Shown piece after piece: positions 50,101-61,800 of a DNA stretch of 64,000 nt (the stretch's first letter is position 1; every line of letters begins with the position of its first letter). This DNA comes from Diadema antillarum (taxonomy: Eukaryota), in NCBI RefSeq assembly GCF_040938485.1, contig NW_027270959.1, forward strand, positions 372,001-436,000, in the 5' to 3' direction. A program made the position numbers and the translations under genes. The notes under the pieces are model-generated. The model was not told where the DNA came from. It did no database searches and saw only the letters and a program-made list of their open reading frames with translations.

Positions 50101-53100
50101 GCATTTCGCTGAGTAAAACGTGGCCCGGGAGCTGGGTAGGGTAGGGTGACGATTATCGGCACGCGTTTTCGCGAGGCTGCCGGGGGCCTCTGCTAAGATA
50201 CGCCACAGGTGACGTTAAGTGAATTCTCCTCTTGAAGAATCATCATTCGCTCATGTTTATGCATTCATCCCAAACTCATATACCCCTCCCTACCCCCTTT
50301 TCTTTTCTTTTCTTTTTCTCCTTCCTCCATCTCAAGCTCATGGCCAATTATGCCGGCACGGGCACGCCGAGTATACGGGCAGCTTTACGCACTGCGTCGG
50401 GTTGTCGATAACAAAAGCGCTGGTCTGGAGCTAGGGCCATTCCGTTTGAAAACGGAGGGATTTGCATGTGCTAATCTTGCTTTCTCCTTTGACATTTGAT
50501 GGATGTTGAGTCGCATTTTTTTCCATAAGGAGCTTAAGGCAGAGACGACGGGGAAAGGCGGGGATATGCTTTTTTTCCTCATTGTGTTTTTTCGGCATTC
50601 GCCATTAAAATTTATGACAGCAATTTCTGGGGCGCATTCGTCTTGGTTCTTTGCACGTTGCTTTAATTTTTTCTCTCTTTCTCTCTGCTTCTCTCTTTTC
50701 TCTTTTACCTCATCCAGATTCTGTGCCATGATGATAGAATGTGTGGATTACTGGAAATATGCTCCGGTTAATGCCGAGCTCGAGCCCTGCTAACGTGGCG
50801 CTCGAAGACCCTTTCATTCGTCATCCAGCCGAAAAATAAAAAATGTTAATCGAATCAATGAAATCGCCGCGGCAAAATGTTTTAACAGTCGATCTGAATA
50901 TGGAACGGTGGGCTTACAAACAAAGTTGGCTCTAAACATACACACCGCACACCCACATAGATCACACACACGCACGTACGCAAAAGCACACACGCAGTTA
51001 AAAAAAAAAAAAAAAAAACCCGGTATACCCCAAAATTTGATGATGCTCAATCTTATTCAGCACCTGCCTGCGCGCTTGAGGAAAGCATAACTTTAAACCC
51101 TCCGTGCATTATTGCCACAAGCTCAATCTACAATAAACCAGAGGAGAAATGGGGCTAATACTGATATTACTTCCTTCTGTCTATTCAGAGTAAGTTATGT
51201 GGCAGGATCTGATGTTATGTGAATGACAATCTAAGTACTCGTGATGGTTGACGAAGAGAACATTGCATGAACAACAAAAATATCCGTTGTCGATTCGTTT
51301 GCTTCATGAGTTGCACAAAAGTTCTGTTACCATAAGAATAGTGAGAAAAGGCAGAATTTCCCATACACATCGCCGGAGATTGTTTTCATCATTTATGTTG
51401 TTTGTTTGTTCTTTTGTTTCATGCCAAATTCCCCTGTCATCATCGGTGTAATAGGCTACAATTTCGTTGTTTCCTCATAACATCGTTTGTTTGTTAGCTT
51501 GTAGTTTGTCATTCTGTTTGTGTATTCCGTTACTGTCACTCTTGATACGGCAAGATATGTCATCGATCATCTCATTTACAGAACTCTATTTGGAAGGCTT
51601 TTTACTTATACTTCTTGCAATATATATCTTTATATATAACGTATGCAGTTGTAAACAAGGGACCAGCTGGCGTTATGAAGGAGAAAGACAAAAAGGGGAA
51701 AATGCGTGGTCTAAGCAAATATTTCGTCTTTAACTGTTCACACGAAATGCTCTGTTTCAAACATAATGTTGCCATTGACCTGGTAGAGGATTGCGCTTCT
51801 GCATATTATGGAATCCATCCTTGACTTTTTCTTGATTTACGAGGTCAATTTTCTGTTGTTGTTGTTGTTGTTTGTTTGGTTTTGGGGGGGTGTTTGTTTG
51901 TTTGTTTGTTTCTATCACTTTAAATAAGGTGGCAGCCAGGTACATGTTATAGCAATATGGGTTACTCTTGACCTCAAATAGCAAGTGCTATAGGATAAGT
52001 GATGGCACTTTATGTAGGCCTAATTTGCTGGTAAAATATATATATGTACCAGGTTGATTTCTATCATCAATATTCTTTTTAATGCGATATGTGTGAATAA
52101 CATCCTAAGCTTATTGGAAACTAAAAACAAACTTGAATTTTGTTGTTGTTTTTTTCAATAGCAGTAGTAACTTCAAGATTTTTCGCACAAAAAATTGACA
52201 ATTTCTGTCTTCGAATCTAAACGCTCCTTTATCATGTTTATACAAGCCAGCTTTGATGCAGATTCACAAATTATTCAACAAAAGAAACTCCGTCTGTTCC
52301 CAGCAGGTTGCCATGTGATTCGTTGTTAGGTTATTTCTTAATTCAAGTTATCCTACTCTTGTGGGTGTAGTGGACATCGTAATTTTCCACTGCCTAATTG
52401 TACACTAATTTATATTTTTGAACGGTGGGTTTATTTAGTCATATCTTCATGAATAATTCTTTATGCTTTTGGAAGGACACTCTGAGACCGAGTACCTCAG
52501 TCTGTTGTTACCGTGAAGGTAAAGTAGATTCTCAGGTAATGTTCTTTTCTCCCGGAAATTTTAAATCAAAACGAAAAGCATACATACATGTTTGGACACG
52601 AGAACATGGTCTTATACCAAATGGTAATGTAGCAATAACCACTGATATAGCTACTGACTAACGGCATAGGTGATATCGGCGATAACCGCAAAATATTTCA
52701 GACTTCTCGATACTTCTTGAGTCTTAACCCTGGAATCATAAAGAAGAAGAACAGAAGAGCAAAAAGGACAAAAAGTATTGATAGGAGGAGGGAGAAAAAG
52801 AGAAAAGGGTGATGACGGCGACGTCAGTCATGGTAAAATGACGAAAAAAATAAACCCCAGAAAAAACTGCGTTAAAAGATGCCCAAAATTATACTCAATG
52901 TATAACTGATATAACCTCAGGGATTAAAGACAAGAGCAGTAATGAGATGAGGCAAGCAACTAATATCAGCATTCAGAATCGTCGTTTCTGGTCCCATAAC
53001 CGTCTGCACATTGTCACACCACCTAGGACTGTACAACAACAACCGACCCCAAACATCCAACGTTGGCCGACTTGGGAAATGTTCGCTCTGCATCCGGCAG

Positions 53101-53537
53101 CATTACCTGTTTGGCAACCTTCGTTCGGCGTGCGCCGATTATGTTTCGCGTCGCAATGACACTACTCCCGCGACCATTTGTTTATAACATTAGGATTTAT
53201 GGGCAGGCGAAAATGTTTCTTTGACTGCGTGTTCGACTCGTAAATTGTCGTTATCGTCACGTCGCAGTCACCACTTATAACAACGTCGTATATTTCAAAC
53301 TCTCTTCCTCTCTTCCTCTCCCTCTCTTTATATCTGTATGTTTCTCTCACCATCTCATCTCTTTTCCCCCGTCTACTATATTTCTTCGATTTACACCTTC
53401 CTTTCCCCTTTTCTTCAACCCTCGCATTTATCAATATCACACACAGTAATGCACAGACACACTACCTTTCAAACTATATATATAATTATATTTGTAGTCC
53501 GCGTGTTGGTACCAGTATAGAAAAGATGACGAAGTAG

Positions 53538-53573
<36 letters not shown>

Positions 53574-53703
53574 GTTAGTATTGATTGATATAACATTTCG
53601 TTTTGTGTTTGCCTGTCTATCCCACCTAAATCATACGACTGAAAACGATTCACGAAGAGATACTTGTATCCAAATGATATTGGATCTTAACAGTAGTGAC
53701 GGT

Positions 53704-53704
<1 letters not shown>

Positions 53705-53765
<61 letters not shown>

Positions 53766-53786
53766 TGTGTTTGTGTGTGTGTGTGT
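53705..53786. repeat. (GT)n microsatellite
   Basis: Direct reading. Confidence 0.95.
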
Positions 53787-56700
53787 GGAAGGGAAGGTAG
53801 ATGGTGACTTAAATCAGCAGAATGTCAATAACATGGTGTGATTCGCTTGTAAACAAGACATGAATCAGAGCATTACAACCGTGGTGTAAGTATAGTGCTC
53901 GTATTCCTACTCACAAGTCATGGACGCCTCAACCGTAAATATTGTAGTTGGGTGCATGTATCGCGCAGCACACCCGCAGATCTTACGAAACTGAAAATGT
54001 GTGTTTTTATCAAGACCCTTTCAACTTGTTTTTTTTTTATATCAAGAAGTCTTTTTAGACACACGGAAGGTTTGCAGTCACACTGATGATACACTACTGA
54101 CGATGGTTATGATGAGGTGAAAATCAATAAGTAACGATAGTAGTTGTAATAATGATAACAATTACAATAATGATACTACTTTTACTACCGATTATGATAA
54201 TATAAAAATGATAATGGTAATGACACTAATACAATTACCACAACTACTGATAACAATAATGATAATANNNNNNNNNNNNNNNNNNNNNNNNNNNNNNNNN
54301 NNNNNNNNNNNNNNNNNNNNNNNNNNNNNNNNNNNNNNNNNNNNNNNNNNNNNNNNNNNNNNNNNNNNNNNNNNNNNNNNNNNNNNNNNNNNNNNNNNNN
54401 NNNNNNNCATTAATGATAATAAAAAAACCAATGACAGCTATAAAAATATCAATTTCAAGTAAATTCACATTTATTTCCACTTTGACGTATAAAACTTGAC
54501 ACAAACTGAACACGATTAAGTCAATACGAAACAATTACAAAGTAGAGATTACCAACTTTAAAATGAGTAAATATACAACCTAATGCATAAACGAAGAAGA
54601 AGAAGAAAAAGAAAAAGATAAACACGACGTAAAAAAGTAGGAGAGAAGACGTTAAATATCACTGTTGATGATATCAGTGATATCGGAAAGTATTCATAGT
54701 GTTGATTTCATCCTTTTTTTAATCAGTATTGGTTTCTTAATTTTATCGATATTGTTCCATCATTACTAAAAGGAGCCGTGGTATAGATTGGCATGACATC
54801 ATTTTCACAGCTTGCAGGATGCAAAGCTATGCTTTAACTGCTCTCGTTTTGGTGACGTTGTGGCAAAGTCCGACAGTTAACTCGGTGTTCCTCTCTCGTC
54901 GCTTCCACCCTCTGGCTCTCTCCACCCCTACCCTCCACCCCTACCCCATCTCTCCCATGGCCGACAGCGTTGTAGTGCGCGCGATTTTGACATAAATGCC
55001 CACCCATTCTTCCTAATATTGTGTCGTGGTGACAGGAGTCATTTATGCGTGTTCTTATTACTAACCATCTCAAAACCGCATTCTCAAAACGTTATTGACG
55101 CTGCTTTACAAGCAGGATGCGGACAGAAATTAGTTAATCATTTTTTTCAATAATGGCAACTTGGGTTTATTTTTCGGGTGGGGAATCGGTCTGCTCGAAC
55201 ATTTAACCTTACAATTTATTTTAACGGAGGCACAATATCTAATCAAAACTGTGTGAGGAAATGGAAGTCGAACACACGTTTTCCCATCTCGCTGAACAAT
55301 GGCAATAAATGGCCGTGAAAATAAGAGCATTGAAGTGATGAGTGTATACAATAACAATTATGATTTACGTCATTATGTTCGGCAAGACGTGAGCGGCAAT
55401 TGTCGGTTCCGGTGGTACGCTCATGTGTATCAGGCTGCAGGTCTTGCACGAGTGGAGAAGGTGACCTAATGTTAATGTCATCAAAACTTCCACAATACAA
55501 GAGTTGGCTTCAGCGGAAATCATACCTATGAGATGATTATAATCTTCCCACAGAGACCAGTAATGAGTGGGTGTTTGTCAATCATGGAAGATGCGTTTGT
55601 TTAATGAGCAACATAGCCTGAAATGACGTATGCATCTCGTTTGTCTAATCCTTCGTGTGTAAAAGAGGAAGTAAACAAACATGTCATGGAAGAGTCGTGG
55701 TCCTATGAAACATCACGTGCGACACGGACAGAACGTAAACCTCACGAGATTTCCAAGGTAAGTTCACATCTGATTTCCGTCGTCAGAAGGGTATCTGTGC
55801 TTGGGTTTCGAACCATAGACCTAAGTCATCTGTATTGATCACCAGCTGGTCGACTCAAAGCGTTGCTTTGAATCTGTTCCATGAAGACTACGTACATGTA
55901 AATGCTTCTATTATTTATTTTCGAAATGATCACGTATTTTTGTTTGTTTGCGTTTTAGTAAGGTGACATTTTCCTACCATTCTCTCGAACTGGATTAAAT
56001 TGAAAATGACATTCGAGATAGTCCCTCCAATCTCTTTGCTTCAAGGCTGCCGCAAATTGAGCAAAACAAACTCGACGATTTAAAAGCGTACATAATTGAA
56101 ACAAGCAAACAACACAAATTAAGCTTGCAGTTCCTGGTTGCAAGTAAGCGCGCAAGACCAACTCTTGAGGCGGGCTTGTACCTCGAGCCTAATTCAACAT
56201 CGTTTGCAAAGGAAGTGACCCGGAACGTTGGGAAATACCAAGAGAGTTTGCGCTCTCTGCGGAGGTTTGCTGGTACGAACTATGGTAGACTTCGAAAGTT
56301 CTCTGATGACTGAAGGCTTATGAAAACGTCATAACAATGATAACTATCGCAGATGCAAGTCGTGGCGATAAGCGCTTAAAGAATTCGAAGTGATGATCGG
56401 AAAGGCGAAGAGTTTTTGAGAAGTGATTTGATAGCAAGGGGAAGTTAAAGAGGTGAATCGGTGAGGTGGGATCGATGTAGGGATATCTTTCAACGTAACG
56501 TTTGCAAGGAGGTCGCGTCGACCTTATATTTGGGTAGCTAGTACAGACATGATATACTAAGTTATAACATAAATCTGGACTGGGATGGCGTGCTACTTTC
56601 TTAAATTGATAAGTGTAGTTGTATATTCACACAGCAACTAAAATCTTAGTCCAGATGAGGCTACGGAGTGCGTTGTCCACTGTCTGGTATTTCGTACAAA

Positions 56701-57305
56701 TTCGGCAACGCATTACTCATGACTTTTACCGCACGGACAGCAACGCCATAAGCCGCTCCCTGAACAAGCAGCCACTCATTTGGTTTTACGAAGGAGCTTC
56801 AAGCTCCTTGGTCTTACACACTCTATAAGGTGCACACCCCATGTGCGTTGCACGCACATATCGACTGTCATAATGCCAAACCTTATTAAGAACTTTCTTC
56901 CCATCAAGTTTTCCGTCACTGCGAGTCACTGTTCCATCATGCACTCTTGGTACCATGGCAAGAACCCTTCCAAAGATTCGCACCAACAGGATCCAACGTC
57001 TTCTTGCCCATCCATTCCTCGCACTTATCGTAACACTGCATGTCGATCCTTCAATCTGGAGCAAACTACATCCCCCTCCCCCTCTCCTCCAACTCGCCCT
57101 TCGACCGACAACAAACGTCATATCTCATCCAAGTCAGTCAAAGGTCATCCTCTTTTCGAAAAAAGAGGCGCTATCTACACCTTTCAGTTACACTCTCCCC
57201 AGTCCACAGTGGCGATATTTCACACCCATCTTATTCCACATCTAGCGTCATGTGTGTCGATTTCACAGATAGAGGACAATGCAAATGTCTAATACAGCAG
57301 CATTT

Positions 57306-57990
57306 TTAGCACATAACCTTTCTTCTCATCTGTACATACCACGTCACATGACTCTCTCTTGCCAACATTTCGTCAGATTTACTGGCCCAAAGATCTGAAA
57401 CGAGTTGAGGCTCGCTGAACATTTTGTTTCTTTGTTTGTTAATTCATTTGTTCTCCACTTTACATTAAAGAATACACAGAACAATACAAAAATCATACAT
57501 GAATCAAAGAAACATTACAAAATGGATATATTCCCCTTTTCAAAACCGAGTTTAAGAATCATCTTATTTCCTAATTGTTCTATTACATCACGCTTATCTA
57601 ACTGAATGAGTATGTTTGTTTTTCTTTTCTTACCTTCAATCTAATTGTATGAATCGTCATACTGTCTGATGGCTGCCCTCCATTTTCCATGCTCTACACC
57701 TTCGACAATCCCCCTGTAGTTCGCGTCTGTTATGTCCCATATGTCCCTACGTTACTCTTACAATGTAAGTTAATGTTTACGTCCCCGTCACTGTCAATAA
57801 GTATGTATGTCCCTGTCTTCGTCTGTCTTTGTCCCTATTCAGTATTGTATCTCAATTTATTATGACATCGCATATTATTTCATAATATTCATTGATGTTA
57901 AGGGCACACCCGTCACAAGTTCTTTACTTCTAGAGGTGTGCCCTGGCTACAATTAAGTGCCCTCATCACAGCATCTTCAAATAAAGTCGC
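57306..57990 (+). mobile_element. Highly degraded 3' end of a CR1-group LINE
   Basis: HLYIPRHMTLSCQHFVRFTGPKI*NEL at 57327-57407 (W codon changed to TGA at 57396), then FKTEFKNHLIS* at 57539-57574 after an apparent insertion. The putative 3' UTR has a 10-bp stem AGGGCACACC/GGTGTGCCCT at 57901-57944 and AAATAAA at 57979-57985. Confidence 0.55.
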
Positions 57991-58721
57991 ATAACAGGCC
58001 CTATCTGCACTTACGTATATCGATATTTGCCGGAAATGAAATTTATAAACGTTGGGAAGGATGCAAAGTTTGTATTGCTGCATTCGTCTGTCGTAACAGT
58101 CGTAGCTACATAATTGGAGTGAATGCCTTCATGTCGCTATAATTGCGTTCATATTCCAGGAATTAAGAGTATGAATAGGTTTTGTTTAGTGCGTGTGGTA
58201 GCAAAATGTTGTTCTTTCACCAGTATGGCATCAAAGCCTGCCGTCTGTATAGAAGTAATGCGCTATTGTTACTACCCACTCAACCTCTTTGATATAGAGA
58301 CCACTTAATCAGAAATAGTTTACCCCCCCCCCCCCCCCTCCAATCCGGTCCAAAGTATTGAGAAAAAAAAAAACATCTATTAATGATATACGTACACAGG
58401 TAAATGCTGTCATGAAACATCACTTTAAATCCCATGAGCAAACACCGAGCAAATGGAACGCACATTCTCATTATTCTAATGATATTCTTTATTTGAATTT
58501 CATTCAATATTAGGCTCATTTTCACAATGAAATTAGAATAAACAAAAATAAGCAGCTGGTTTTTTTTCTCACTTGTGCTGCTGAATCACATTACTTTTCT
58601 TTAGCATGCAATACAATATTCATTTTTGCAAATCATGCCATACACACCAAATTGATGTAGAAATCTGCATAAATCTCAGAAAAAAAAACTATGTTGTTTG
58701 ATCAAACTAATCTATATCTGC

Positions 58722-58821
58722 TTCATTATACAAACCTCTCACTTGAGAATACAGCATTTCACCAAAACCCGCAGATTTGATGAAATGCTTGTATTCTCAA
58801 GTGAGAGGTTTGTATAATGAA
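58722..58821. repeat. Near-perfect inverted repeat: 40/41-nt arms, one bulge, 19-nt loop
   Basis: TTCATTATACAAACCTCTCACTTGAGAATACAGCATTTCA (58722-58761) is the reverse complement of 58781-58821 except for one extra base. Confidence 0.93.
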
Positions 58822-61800
58822 ACCCATATGCTGGGTCCGTAATCTGAAACGCTCTACCACAATAACTTAGTCTGTCTAACTTTGAAAAGGAAACTAAGAC
58901 AGAACTTTTTGAATTATGATTAACTTGTAGGACCCAGCCTATTATGCATATTTCATGAATGCTGCATGTTGTTAGAGCACTTTAATCAGGTCTCTACAAA
59001 AGCGCTTAAAAAGAAACAGTTGTTATTGTTGTTATTATAATTATCATTAGGCCTATTATTATTATTATCAACATTATCATCATCATCATCATTATTATCA
59101 TAATGATAGAGGATAAAGGATAGAGACACAATGGGGAGAAAGAGTGAAGAAAGAAAAAAGTATGGAAATATGCATCAAATGCATAATCATTTACATTAAG
59201 GGCAAACATAAATGCAATAATCAGTTGTACAAACTGCGATCAATGCGGCAGCAACAGCAATAACAAGTCGACAACATTTGTGGAAATAATACTGATGGTA
59301 AAGACATTGGTGCTTAAAATGATCTATGGTCACCGTGTCAACAATAACGGCGATTTGACGATGAGGAAGAGTTGGGGATGAAGAGGGGAGAAGGCGGATG
59401 TGGAAGATGATAATAATGATGANNNNNNNNNNNNNNNNNNNNNNNNNNNNNNNNNNNNNNNNNNNNNNNNNNNNNNNNNNNNNNNNNNNNNNNNNNNNNN
59501 NNNNNNNNNNNNNNNNNNNNNNNNNNNNNNNNNNNNNNNNNNNNNNNNNNGATAATGATATAATAAATATAATATATAATGAATAATTTCAGTAGCAGTA
59601 GAGAAAAAAAAGAAATCATATAAATGGATAATCATCATAAGCATGAAGAAATTATATGGGGTTAACCTTTCCACGCCCATTGCTTCAATTAAACCTCATT
59701 GCTGCTAGAGCATGATTGCGGTCAACTAGCTAGTTTTGGAGTATGCAATGACAAAAAAAAACAGCAAAAGCAACCTATATATGAAACCTCGTATGAATGT
59801 AGGTGGTGCCAAACCACGAAAAAAAAAAGAAGTAAAATAGTTCCTTTTCAAGCCGTATGCATATAAAGCTCCTTCAAATTACGAAATGCAATAATAACAT
59901 TTTCTTACAAAGGCATACCTTGAGAGAGAAGTGTATAATATAATATAATATCATGTGTATGTGTTTAATTAGAAATCGCAGGGTCGGAATATCGCGACAA
60001 TTGTTGGTGATTTCCTCTTGTTTGTGTGGTCGAGCGATTGATGTAAGATGATTCGGTATCTGTTGTACAACAAGGCGTAGGTACAGCGGAAGCGCGGGAA
60101 ATCACCGACGTACACGCCGAGCGCGTATTCGTGGCAAATCGAAGAAAAGGCAGACGGGGAAAACTCACATCGGGGTCGTGCTTTCTGTACCCATTTCCGG
60201 TAATAACAAAATCACAGGATTGCTCCTAAATATTCACGCCTCTGATTGGGCGATATGATAATAGTCATTTCAGACCTATTTTTTTTTTCTTCTCTGGTCT
60301 CTTGTTTGTGTGTTATTTGCCGTACAGGAAGAACGAGGCCTCACAGAAGAATGAATAATTGTAAATATTGCGAGTCTACCGTCAACCGTTTAAGATGTAT
60401 GCAGTGGTTTCCTGTCTCAAAGGTATTTCCCCTAATTGCCAAATATATGTATATGTATATTCAATGTATGTTTGTATGTGTTTGTGCGTGGTTTTTGTTT
60501 TGTTCTGTTTTTCTTTGTTTTTCATTTAAGGGAGGGATCGCTGAAGATATGACTCGTCACGAAATAAAGTTACAACTTGTATGGTTAACAATTCTCAATG
60601 TTGTAGTGATTGACAAATTTTGCTGTGCACGTTATGCTTCAGACCCTTAATCTTAAAGTAACTGAAAAATGTAACTCCCACAAACACAGACAGATATTTG
60701 TTATTCTTACGAAGAGAGAGAGAGAGAGAGGGGGGGGGATACAGCAAAGAAGCTTCGAGTAGTCTTGTAGCAGAAAGAGTTAATTTTGAAACGAAAGCAG
60801 TATACAGAACAGAAAACCTACTCTTGTACCAGTTTGGTTATTGAATGTTTTCTTATTTTATTTCCTATCTCTCACATTTTTTTTTCTTTCAGACANNNNN
60901 NNNNNNNNNNNNNNNNNNNNNNNNNNNNNNNNNNNNNNNNNNNNNNNNNNNNNNNNNNNNNNNNNNNNNNNNNNNNNNNNNNNNNNNNNNNNNNNNNNNN
61001 NNNNNNNNNNNNNNNNNNNNNNNNNNCTAACTAATGATCCATATCTGTTTTAATTTCTGGGCTATCTTACGTGTTGCATAGAAATACTTGTAAAACCATT
61101 ATCATTATAAACCTATCTCTCCCCATCTCTTCTTCTTTATATTCTCTGTCTTTCCAGCTCTAACCTCATGAATGTATACACACAGTTATCTAATCACCTA
61201 CTTCAATCNNNNNNNNNNNNNNNNNNNNNNNNNNNNNNNNNNNNNNNNNNNNNNNNNNNNNNNNNNNNNNNNNNNNNNNNNNNNNNNNNNNNNNNNNNNN
61301 NNNNNNNNNNNNNNNNNNNNNNNNNNNNNNNNNNNNNNNNNNNNNNNNNNNNNNNNNNNNNNNNNNNNNNNNNNNNNNNNNNNNNNNNNNNNNNNNNNNN
61401 NNNNNNNNNNNNNNNNNNNNNNNNNNNNNNNNNNNNNNNNTCTCTCATGTTTTATGTCTAAACGGGACAAATGACTACAGGAAATCAGTCCTCTGATCAT
61501 TGTTATGCTTGTCCTTGAGCAGTTGACGCTGCGCCGTTGGCGCTACCCGCATATTACCCCCAATCCTTCAAGACGCACATCGAAATGGGGAAGGATGTCG
61601 GAATAACATTGGCACTGCCAACACAAAAAACATGGCAAGTGTTGATCAAGAATACACTTGCCGCAAAACGCAAATAATTTGGGCAGTCAGACAGCGTAAC
61701 GGGAGCGAAAGAATAAGATTGAAAAAAAAAGGTGAAGGGGTGAGGGAGAAAAAGGAATCAGTCATCGCAATTATGAAATACTCTTCTCCAGCTTATTACA

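Noticed and set aside
55800-55865. Possible minus-strand SINE heads here and at ~16370-16430
   Set aside because: Only a partial B box each, with no convincing A box or family body.
56780-57292. 170-aa ORF and overlapping frames
   Set aside because: Low-complexity Ser/Pro content from C-rich tracts, no recognisable domain and no clear splice context.
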